Shown here one piece after another: positions 30,173-38,241 of a stretch of DNA of 64,000 nt. Origin of the DNA: an uncultured delta proteobacterium (GTDB lineage Bacteria; Desulfobacterota; Binatia; Binatales; Binataceae); assembly GCA_963815835.1 (NCBI GenBank), contig CAWFIF010000006.1, positions 875,877 to 939,876 on the forward strand, read 5' to 3'. A model generated the notes under the pieces. It had not been told where the DNA came from, searched no databases, and worked only from the letters and a program-made list of their open reading frames with translations. The stretch's first letter is position 1. Every line of letters begins with the position of its first letter. Both the position numbers and the translations under genes were made by a program.

Positions 30173-30709
30173 CTACTCCTTGCCGCGGAGGGTTTCCAGC
30201 TCGCGGAGCGCGCGCTCCAGGATCTCGCGAATCTTGTCGGCGTTCGATGCCGAACCACCCGCCATCGCGCTGAAGGCCGCCTTCATCACGCGCTCGGCCG
30301 GGCGCACGATTTCCTGCACCTCCGGATCGAACGCCGCGCGCCATTCGTTCCACATCCTCGCGCGACGCCAGATGCGATCGACCGCATCCTCTTCGAGGTG
30401 CAACTCGCGCTTGCCCTCCTCGGTGATTTTGAAAACGCGCTTGCCTTCCTGTGCCTCCGCGGCAATGAGGCCCTCGTCCTCCAGTTGCTGGAGCGTCGGG
30501 TAGATGGTGCCAGCGCTGGCGCGATAGATTCCACCCGAGCGCTGCGCGAGCAGCTTCATCAGTTCGTAGCCGTGACGAGGACCGTCGGCGAGCAGCGACA
30601 GAATCGCGAGGCGGACTTCGCCGGGTCCGAAGAAGCGGCTGCGCGGAGCCCATGAACCGAAACTTGGGCGGCATCCGCCACGAGCCCAATAAGCGTGTCT
30701 TCCGAACAT
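30173..30709 (-). CDS. PadR family transcriptional regulator (YqjI-like)
   Basis: GEVRLAILSLL, PRHGYEL, SAGTIYPTLQQLEDEG, ITEEG. Confidence 0.92.
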   Translation of the reverse strand: MFGRHAYWARGGCRPSFGSWAPRSRFFGPGEVRLAILSLLADGPRHGYELMKLLAQRSGGIYRASAGTIYPTLQQLEDEGLIAAEAQEGKRVFKITEEGKRELHLEEDAVDRIWRRARMWNEWRAAFDPEVQEIVRPAERVMKAAFSAMAGGSASNADKIREILERALRELETLRGKE

Positions 30710-30732
30710 AAGGCTTACCTCCAAATGCTCTG

Positions 30733-30751
30733 CGATATATCGTACGATATA
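30733..30751. promoter_or_regulatory. putative PadR operator
   Basis: Overlapping palindromes CGATATATCG and TATATCGTACGATATA just upstream of the padR start. Confidence 0.55.
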
Positions 30752-30967
30752 GCACCCGCTATGTCTGAAGCAAGCTCGTAAGCAAGGACCTCATTAGCTG
30801 GTTGGCATCAGGCGCGGAGTTCTGCTAATCTCCATCACGGTCAAAGGAACCATCTCGGAACTCTCCATGATGCTCATCGACAAAGCCAAAAACCCGGCTA
30901 AGGCCCATGGAGACGTGTGCGCGATGTTCCATTGACGACTAGATAACCCAAAAAACACGCGATCACG

Positions 30968-31005
30968 AAAAGGCCATGGGTGCATCCGCATCCGTGGCTT
31001 TTTTT
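30968..31005 (+). terminator. intrinsic terminator in the leader of the ABC exporter (possible attenuator)
   Basis: GCCATGGGTGC-ATCC-GCATCCGTGGC followed by T7. Confidence 0.7.
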
Positions 31006-31037
31006 ATTTCGCGCGAGGCAGCGCGATGGAGGAAATC

Positions 31038-31787
31038 ATGCTGGTTGAAATCGATCGTCTGACGAAAGTCTTCGGCAAGTTCATCGCGGTGGACGACGTA
31101 TCGTTCGAAGTGCGCCCCGGCGAGATCGTCGGATTGCTGGGACCAAACGGCGCGGGCAAGACGACCACCATCCACATGATCCTCGGACTGATCTCGCCGA
31201 CTTCCGGCGAGGTGCGCATTTTCGGCCAGCGCTTCGAGGAGCATCGCCAGGAGATCCTCGAGCAGATGAACTTCACCTCGCCCTACGTCGCGTTCCCGGT
31301 TCGCCTCACGGTGTTCGAGAACCTGATGGTGTTTGCGAGGATGTATGACGTTCGCGATCCGCGCGCGAAGATCGCCGAGCTCGCGACGCTGTTCGGTATC
31401 GAGGAATTGCTGCGCAAGCCGGTCTCGCGATTGTCATCCGGCGAGACCACGCGCGTCGGCCTGTGCAAGGCCTTCATGAACGATCCGAAGCTGCTGCTGC
31501 TCGACGAGCCGACCGCGTATCTCGATCCGCAGATCGCCGCGCAGGTGAAAGAGATCCTGCTCGACATGCAGTGCAAGCGGGGCACCACGATTCTCTACAC
31601 CTCGCACAACATGGCGGAGGTCGAGAAGATGTGCGGCCGGATCATCTTTCTCAGCCGCGGACGTGTGATCGCGAGCGGCAGTCCGATTGAAGTGACTCAA
31701 ACGATCCTCAAGGAGGATCGCGACGAACCCGCGCTCGAGGAGGTTTTCCTCCACGTCGCGCGAAGGCAAGCGAATGAAGCCGCATAG
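31038..31787 (+). CDS. ABC-2 exporter ATP-binding protein
   Basis: GPNGAGKTT, LSSGE, LLLDEPT, TSH; GGAGG RBS. Confidence 0.92.
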   Translation: MLVEIDRLTKVFGKFIAVDDVSFEVRPGEIVGLLGPNGAGKTTTIHMILGLISPTSGEVRIFGQRFEEHRQEILEQMNFTSPYVAFPVRLTVFENLMVFARMYDVRDPRAKIAELATLFGIEELLRKPVSRLSSGETTRVGLCKAFMNDPKLLLLDEPTAYLDPQIAAQVKEILLDMQCKRGTTILYTSHNMAEVEKMCGRIIFLSRGRVIASGSPIEVTQTILKEDRDEPALEEVFLHVARRQANEAA

Positions 31788-32562
31788 AATAAAAGCTGTA
31801 ATTTTGCGCCACGCCTACGAGTCGCGGCGTAATATGGATCGCATCACCGACATGGTCTACTGGCCGGTGCTCGACATCATCGTGTGGGGGTTCTTCACCA
31901 TCTACCTCGGACGCGGCAATCATCTGCAGCCGGGTATGATCAGCTTCATGCTCGGGGCGGTCATCCTGTGGGGACTGTTCTTCGCGTTTCAGCGCGACAT
32001 GGCGGTCGGATTCCTCGACGAGCTATGGTCGCGCAACCTGGTGAATCTGTTCTCGACGCCGCTCAGCGTGTCGGAGTACATGACCGGTCTCATCGCGGTG
32101 AACGTGGTGAAGGCGATGGTGGGAATGACCACGGCGGCGCTGATCGCGTGGGTGTTCTACGCGTTCGACATCTTTCCGAAGCTGCCGGCCTTCCTGCCCT
32201 TCATGCTCAACCTGGTCCTGTTCGCGCTGGCGCTCGGCATCATCATCACCGGGCTGATCTTCCGCTACACGACGAAGATCCAGGGCCTCGCGTGGAGCTT
32301 CGCGGGTCTGCTGATGCCGTTGTCGTGTGTGCTCTATCCGCTGAAGTCGCTGCCGAGCTATCTGCGGCCGATCGCATGGATACTGCCGACGACCCATTCG
32401 TTCGAGGGAATGCGGCAGGTGCTCGCTGGCGGCGGCTTCTCCGCTAGTCATTTTGGATGGGGCCTCGCGCTTAACGCGATGTACTTCATCTTCGCGATCG
32501 CGTTCTTCCGATGGATCTTCGAATCGGCGCGCTCGCGCGGCCTGTTGGTGAAGCTGGAATAA
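31774..32562 (+). CDS. ABC-2 exporter permease
   Basis: Multiple TM segments, ELWSRNLVNLFSTP, YPL..LP, THSFEGMR. Confidence 0.88.
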   Translation: MKPHRIKAVILRHAYESRRNMDRITDMVYWPVLDIIVWGFFTIYLGRGNHLQPGMISFMLGAVILWGLFFAFQRDMAVGFLDELWSRNLVNLFSTPLSVSEYMTGLIAVNVVKAMVGMTTAALIAWVFYAFDIFPKLPAFLPFMLNLVLFALALGIIITGLIFRYTTKIQGLAWSFAGLLMPLSCVLYPLKSLPSYLRPIAWILPTTHSFEGMRQVLAGGGFSASHFGWGLALNAMYFIFAIAFFRWIFESARSRGLLVKLE

Positions 32563-32805
32563 GGTCCAGAGCTGAGAATCGCTTCAGACTCGCCATATTA
32601 GCGGCTAATAAGATGCGGGCGCAGGGGCGACTTTAGCGGGCCTTAGGATGGTGACTTCCGCTTTTGCTTCTAACTCTTCGGCGGCGGCTATGCTTCCGCG
32701 CCACAGCGTTAGAGAATCATCGACTCCGAGTTTATCGTCGTAGCGATTTCCGCGTGGAACGGCGAACGTGAAGGTTGTCCCCGGCATTCTCGCCGAGGCA
32801 CAATA

Positions 32806-33186
32806 TCAAGACGATTCGATCCAAGCGAATGCGCTACCTAGGTGAGCCCAGTCCGGTTCTGCAATCTTTATCGGCATCTCGATAGGCGTGCCATCGACCA
32901 ACTTTTCAATTTCGATTGAACCGTCGGCGAAGACTTCGATTTCCAGTTCTTTACGTCCATTTCGCCACTCGATTGCTATGCCTTGATCGAGCGTGGCGCC
33001 AAGTTCGACAGGGCTGAAGTCGGGAGGCACATGGCGAACTATGTGCATAGCGTGGCTGCGAGCGTTATAAGTGGGCTTTCGGACGTGCCAACTAGTGGGT
33101 GGTGTTTGGGGTAGGTTTGCAGCACTACGGCGAATCCAACTGATCGCGCTGTCCCGCCAAGAATTTCCAACAGTAGCCGGCATCAA
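32806..33186 (-). CDS. hypothetical protein in AT-richer island
   Basis: ORF with GIAIEWRNGRKELEIEV; 5' end appears eroded. Confidence 0.5.
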   Translation of the reverse strand: MMPATVGNSWRDSAISWIRRSAANLPQTPPTSWHVRKPTYNARSHAMHIVRHVPPDFSPVELGATLDQGIAIEWRNGRKELEIEVFADGSIEIEKLVDGTPIEMPIKIAEPDWAHLGSAFAWIESS

Positions 33187-33458
33187 GCACCTCAGTCCCT
33201 GTGCGTCGCGACCGGCGGCTACGTGTTTCGACCTCCTGCTCTGACGCGTTCGTCCTCTTTTGGGAAACCTGTTCCCATCGTCGTCTCCGCGTCAGGAAAA
33301 CACCGTCCGCAGGCCAATTCTACCGGCCCGTCCATTTTAATACAATGTCTCATTTTGAATGGGTAGTGGGCGGCGGTTTTGAGTTCAAGGCATGAGCGCC
33401 GCTATCTCTTCGATGCTACATACGTTATCCGATACTCCTTACTGGCAAACTGCGCGTA

Positions 33459-34057
33459 CTAACCCTTTCCTTTTCCGACTTTGAACGGATGCTTTTGACC
33501 TTGATATACGTCGCTTGCTCGCGCTCCATAGCCCAGATTTTTGGGCAGCTTTTGTCGAGCTTGAAGAACGATAGTTGGCAAGGACGGTCGATCAGCGGAG
33601 TAAGCTCGATGTCGAGTTCACCGCTATTCATGATTTCTAGAACGATAGGGCCATTCCATCCGGGCTGAACCCAAGGTGCCGTTTGATGCATGCTGAGGCC
33701 TACGCGGGCATATGTCGTGCGGCCCTCAACAAGTCCGATGAGATCTAAAGGTATAGTCACGATCTCGTGAGTCATCGCGAGAACGAACTGACGGGGTTTC
33801 AGAAGAAAAGAATTGAGATGAACAAACTCATTTTTCTCTTTAAGGGTATCCGTTTTCCAGAAGCCCAAACGTCCAAGTTGTTCTAGACCGCGCGACACTG
33901 AAACTTTGATGTTCGGGATCGGTTGAAGAATCGTAAAGCTGAATCCGAGACGGAGGTCTACTGAGGCTTCGCCCCACTGATCTTCCTCAAGCGGAGGATC
34001 GAAGACGATTCTCTTTTCCTTTACTGCCTTGCGAATAGCGGGCTGCGATAGAACCAT
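33459..34057 (-). pseudogene. dcd: dCTP deaminase (trimeric dUTPase superfamily), frameshifted near the C-terminus
   Basis: ASVDLRLG, EGRTTYARVGL, TAPWVQPGWNG.IVLEI.N, RPCQLSF. The conserved Y..YQGQ tail is in another frame after the A4 run at 33550-33553. Confidence 0.8.
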
Positions 34058-34084
34058 TGAGGCTTGGGCCAGACGGCCTTGAAG

Positions 34085-34372
34085 CTACTGAACATGCTCC
34101 ATATTTGAGTCGGCCCAATTTCGGGGTACAGACGTTACGCCCCGCGCGCTAGTGAAAAATGAGCCGGGAATTTGCACCTCTACCATGTCGCCATCGACCT
34201 TGACGATTTTACCGCGAACGTAAGAATTGCCACCTCGTGTTTCGATCAAAGATCGCTTCACGAATCCCGAGACAATGCCAGCGTCCGAACTTATCGTGAT
34301 GGCAACCTCGTCCAAAGGTCCGGGGCGCGCCTCACATTTGATATTCACAATATCACCCTTTTTGAAAGTCAT
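34085..34372 (-). CDS. small hypothetical beta-rich protein upstream of dcd
   Basis: 95 aa ORF MTFKKGDIV...PGSFFTSARG, GGAG RBS, ends 27 bp before dcd. Confidence 0.6.
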   Translation of the reverse strand: MTFKKGDIVNIKCEARPGPLDEVAITISSDAGIVSGFVKRSLIETRGGNSYVRGKIVKVDGDMVEVQIPGSFFTSARGVTSVPRNWADSNMEHVQ

Positions 34373-34435
34373 CGTAGCGGCTCCCACCTGCGTTTTCGCC
34401 TTACTTTCGCCTAGCATTGGCTAATTAACAGTTGC

Positions 34436-34613
34436 TGTGGATAATGACAACCTTTTAGTGAAACTTCGCGAGTTCCGCCAACGCTCCGTGACATCACGGC
34501 GACTTGCGATCCACAATGGGCTGTAGACCTATACAGGTTATCCACACATCATAGCGGATAATGAAGCCCCGATCTTAAAGCAAATTCGATTGGGGATGAC
34601 GGCGTGTGGGTAA
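34436..34613. promoter_or_regulatory. DnaA-box cluster
   Basis: TGTGGATAA at 34436-44, TTATCCACA at 34538-46, TGTGGGTAA at 34605-13, plus 2-mismatch boxes at 34507 and 34553. Confidence 0.5.
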
Positions 34614-34844
34614 CAGGAAATGAGGGTCTGCGGAATCATTCTTGTGGTGCTCGGAGTGCTGGTTTGTTTGGTCGCTATCGTTTTTGGATTTGTCGCAGCT
34701 ATCGAAACGTCCGTAGAACGGGCTACGTAGAAGCTTTAAGTGGCATGGCAATGGGGATTGCTGCCATCGGGGTCATCAGCGCGGGCGCGGTCATTCTGCG
34801 AAATTCCCGTTCGAGTTGAAAACCGCCCACTACCTTTGGATGCG

Positions 34845-34930
34845 TGCGCGGCGGGGGGAATCGAACCCATACGAGGGCGGGCCTCACCGACTTCCAGAAC
34901 CGGCCTGTCTACCATTCCAGCACGCCGAGC
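34845..34930 (-). tRNA. non-canonical tRNA or tRNA pseudogene (Leu-like body, loop TCTGGAA)
   Basis: GCTCGGCG TG CTG GAATGGTAGA CAG G CCGGT TCTGGAA GTCGG, long V-arm, ATGGG TTCGATT CCCCC CGCCGCGC A. No CCA. Confidence 0.7.
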
Positions 34931-34999
34931 TTGATGCTATCGGAAGGCGCCAAGTTCGACGGCGATTGCAAGATGCCCCGCGAACGCATCGCGGCCTAA
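34922..34999 (+). pseudogene. 3' fragment of a bactofilin (polymer-forming cytoskeletal) gene
   Basis: TPSLMLSEGAKFDGDCKMPRERIAA* matches the bactofilin C-terminal pattern LxxxEGAxFxGxCxM; no 5' part. Confidence 0.6.
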
Positions 35000-35130
35000 C
35001 ATCGAAAATAGCGGCCGGCTCGTCCGGCCGCGAAACTTTTCAGTACGATTCGATTTCGGTGTAGGCGACAATCCGGACGATCCGCCCCGCCTCGTCGATT
35101 TCTTACTCGTCGCTGGAGCGTTCTCCTCGC

Positions 35131-35156
35131 AGGGGTCGCCCGCGGACGACCCCTAC
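35131..35156 (-). repeat. GTAG-type REP-like palindrome
   Basis: Minus strand GTAGGGGTCGTCCGCGGGCGACCCCT. Confidence 0.45.
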
Positions 35157-35226
35157 CGGGACACTCGAACATCCCACGAGGGCGTGGCAGAATCACCGCG
35201 AGAACGAATCGGCGGATGAGGCGCGG

Positions 35227-36393
35227 ATGGTGGATCAGAAAATAAGGGTCGGGGTGCTGTTCGGAGGGCGTTCCGGCGAGCATGAGATATCGCTGCGCTC
35301 CGCGCTGACGGTCATGTCCGCGATGGATCCCGCGCGCTACGAGATCGTTCCCATCGGCATCGATCACGAAGGCCGCTGGTTCCTCGAAAACAATGCGCTC
35401 AAGGTGCTCGCGCAGACCACGCCCGACCTGGGCGCGCTGAGCGCGGGCGACACTCCGGTCACCTTGCTGCCCCATAACGACAACCGCACCCTGGTTCCGA
35501 CTCCCTCGAAGAGCGGCGGAGCGGCGCTTGCCGGACAAACCCTCGGCGGCCCGCTCGATGTGGTGTTTCCCGTGCTGCACGGCACCTTCGGCGAGGACGG
35601 CACGGTGCAGGGGCTGCTTGAACTCGCGGGCGTTGCGTATGTCGGCGCGGGCGTGCTCGGCTCCGCGGTCGGAATGGACAAGGACACGCAAAAGCGTGTG
35701 CTGCGCGATGCCGGCGTGCCGGTCGTGAAATATTTTCCGATCGTTCGAGGCGACTACGAGGAGCATCCGGCGCTCGCGAAGAAGTTCGCGCGCGCGTGCG
35801 GCTATCCGGTGTTCGTGAAACCGAATGCGCTCGGTTCATCCATCGGTATCAGCAAGGTCAAGCGGCCGGCCGACCTCGATGCCGCGCTACGAGACGCGTT
35901 CCAATACGATCGCAAGGCGCTCATCGAGCAGGCGTGCGAGGGACGCGAACTCGAATGCGCGGTGCTCGGCAACGATCGCCCCGAGGCCTCGACGGTGGGC
36001 GAGATCATCGTCACCCATGGGCATGAGTTCTACAGCTACGAATCGAAATACATCGACGAAAAGGGCTCGCAGATAAGGATTCCCGCACCGCTACCCAAAA
36101 AGGCTCTGAACACGATTCGCAAGATGGCGGTGGAAGCGTTCAAAGCGCTCTCGATCCGCGGAATGGCGCGCGTGGATTTCCTCGCGCGACGCGACCTCAA
36201 GAAGATTTTCGTCAACGAGGTGAACACGATTCCCGGCTTCACCTCCATCAGCATGTATCCGAAGCTGTGGGAGGCCTCGGGAATTCCGCTCCCGAAGTTG
36301 ATCGATCGGTTGATCGAACTCGCGATCGAAGATCATCGCGAGCGCGCCGCGCTCAAGTTCAGCTTCCAGCCGAAGCGCAATCCTCAGGCGTGA
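35227..36393 (+). CDS. ddl: D-alanine--D-alanine ligase
   Basis: [53 protein letters not shown]. Confidence 0.96.
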   Translation: MVDQKIRVGVLFGGRSGEHEISLRSALTVMSAMDPARYEIVPIGIDHEGRWFLENNALKVLAQTTPDLGALSAGDTPVTLLPHNDNRTLVPTPSKSGGAALAGQTLGGPLDVVFPVLHGTFGEDGTVQGLLELAGVAYVGAGVLGSAVGMDKDTQKRVLRDAGVPVVKYFPIVRGDYEEHPALAKKFARACGYPVFVKPNALGSSIGISKVKRPADLDAALRDAFQYDRKALIEQACEGRELECAVLGNDRPEASTVGEIIVTHGHEFYSYESKYIDEKGSQIRIPAPLPKKALNTIRKMAVEAFKALSIRGMARVDFLARRDLKKIFVNEVNTIPGFTSISMYPKLWEASGIPLPKLIDRLIELAIEDHRERAALKFSFQPKRNPQA

Positions 36394-37034
36394 TGAACCG
36401 CCTGCTCATCGCGACGACGAATCCCGCCAAGCTGGCCGAGTACCGGATTTTGTTGCGTCAGATGGAAATCGACCTCGAGCCGGTGTCGCTCGCCGAGGCG
36501 GGTATCATCGACGTTCCGGAGGAAAGCGGCGAGACGTTCCGCGACAACGCACTCGCGAAGGCGCGCTTCTATTTCGAGCGCGGCGAGCTTCCAACTCTCG
36601 CCGATGACGGCGGCCTCGAGGTCGACGCGCTCGGCGGCGCGCCCGGCGTCAGGTCGCATCGATGGCTCGGCGGCGCGACGAGCACCGACCGCGCGCTCGC
36701 CGAAGAAGTGATTCGCCGCATGGAAGGCATCGAGAAGCCGCGCCGCACCGCAAGGATTCGGGCGGCCATCGCGCTCATCTACAAGAACGATGGCGTCGTG
36801 CGCGAGGTCGTCGCCGAGGATGCGATCGAGGGCCTGATTGCACCGCGCGCCTATCCGGAAATCCGTCCCGGGTTTCCGTATCGCGCCGTGCTGTGGCTTC
36901 CGGAGTTATCATGCTACCTGGGCGAACTCGGCGAAGATGAGGAAGCGCGTCTCAGCCAGCGCAAAAAGGCGTTGCAGCGGCTTCGCGGCGAGCTTGAAAG
37001 GGTGGCCTCGCGAGCTGCCGGCCCGCTATCCTAA
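36393..37034 (+). CDS. rdgB: non-canonical purine NTP pyrophosphatase (RdgB/HAM1)
   Basis: ATTNPAK, ETFRDNALAKA, ADDGGLEVDALGGAPGVRS, SQR. Confidence 0.85.
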   Translation: MNRLLIATTNPAKLAEYRILLRQMEIDLEPVSLAEAGIIDVPEESGETFRDNALAKARFYFERGELPTLADDGGLEVDALGGAPGVRSHRWLGGATSTDRALAEEVIRRMEGIEKPRRTARIRAAIALIYKNDGVVREVVAEDAIEGLIAPRAYPEIRPGFPYRAVLWLPELSCYLGELGEDEEARLSQRKKALQRLRGELERVASRAAGPLS

Positions 37035-37071
37035 GCCGCGGCGCGCGACTAGACTCGCAAGCTGGATCGAG

Positions 37072-38238
37072 GTGAAACGCAAAGGCAGGATTGTTGTTCT
37101 CCATCTCGCGATACGATTCCCGTTCGCGGGCGTCGTCTGGCAGTTGCTCCACCATTTGATCGGATTGCGCGCGCTCGGCCTCGAGGTCTACTACATCGAG
37201 GATCACGGCGCCTACGTCTACGACCCCATCGCGCAAACGCCTGTTTCCGATTCATCAAATAATATCACCTTGGTCGGCCGCATCCTTGACCGCTTCGGCT
37301 TCGCCGGACGCTGGGGCTTTCGCGATCCGATCACGCAGGACTATGCCGGTATGGCGAAGGACAAATGTCTCAAGCTGATCCGTGAGGCGGACGCCGTGAT
37401 CAATTTATGCGGCGCGAGTGAGCCACGCGAAGAACACCTCGCCAGCCCGATGATGATTTATCTGGAAACCGATCCGGGCGTTTTCCAGGTCAATGTCGAA
37501 CGGCGCGATCCGATCGCGATGGCGAATGCATCCGCGCATAAATTATTTTTCACCTATGCGGCGAATATCGGCCAGCCGGACTGTCGCGTGCCGACCGCGG
37601 GTCTCGCATGGCATCCGACGCGGCCTCCGGTGCTGCTCGACGAATGGCATCCGGGAGTAGGTCCCGCGAGCCCGCCCGCGTTCACCACGGTCGGAACCTG
37701 GCGCAACCAGGGTAATGATATCGAGGTGGGCGGCACGACTTACTATTGGTCGAAGCACGTAAACTTCGCGAGGGTACTCGACGTCGCGCGGCGCGCCGCT
37801 CAACCAATCGAGTTGGCTACCGATATCAAGTCGGGACCCGACTATGATCGCGCGGTCGCGGGAGGATTCACATTTCGTCCCGTCGTACCTATGTCTTTGG
37901 ACATCGACGACTATCGCGAGTATATATCGTCGTCGCGCGGAGAGTTTACCGTATCGAAAGATTTGTATGTACGCACTCGCTCCGGGTGGTTCAGCGATCG
38001 GACTGTATGTTATCTCGCGGCGGGCCGGCCCGTGGTTACTCAGTTCACTGGTTTTGAAAAGTATATTCCGACTGGAATTGGTCTGCTCGGCTTCGACGAT
38101 GCTGATAGCGCCGTCGATGCCATCCGCACAGTAAATTCCGACTATTTGCGCCATGCCAAAGCGGCGCGTGAAATAGCCGCCGGGTATTTCGATGCGCTCA
38201 AATTGCTCGACGAGATCGCCGAGAAGGCGGGTCTGTAG
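37072..38238 (+). CDS. hypothetical glycosyltransferase-like (GT-B) protein
   Basis: GLRALGLEVYYIED, YREYISSSRGEF, GWFSDRTVCYLAAGRPV. Confidence 0.65.
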   Translation: MKRKGRIVVLHLAIRFPFAGVVWQLLHHLIGLRALGLEVYYIEDHGAYVYDPIAQTPVSDSSNNITLVGRILDRFGFAGRWGFRDPITQDYAGMAKDKCLKLIREADAVINLCGASEPREEHLASPMMIYLETDPGVFQVNVERRDPIAMANASAHKLFFTYAANIGQPDCRVPTAGLAWHPTRPPVLLDEWHPGVGPASPPAFTTVGTWRNQGNDIEVGGTTYYWSKHVNFARVLDVARRAAQPIELATDIKSGPDYDRAVAGGFTFRPVVPMSLDIDDYREYISSSRGEFTVSKDLYVRTRSGWFSDRTVCYLAAGRPVVTQFTGFEKYIPTGIGLLGFDDADSAVDAIRTVNSDYLRHAKAAREIAAGYFDALKLLDEIAEKAGL

Positions 38239-38241
38239 CCG

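Noticed and set aside
33540-33560. Programmed -1 frameshift in dcd
   Set aside because: No X-XXY-YYZ heptamer or obvious stimulatory structure; a simple indel is more likely
34430-34620. Chromosomal oriC
   Set aside because: No dnaA, dnaN or gidA context, and no clear AT-rich unwinding repeats
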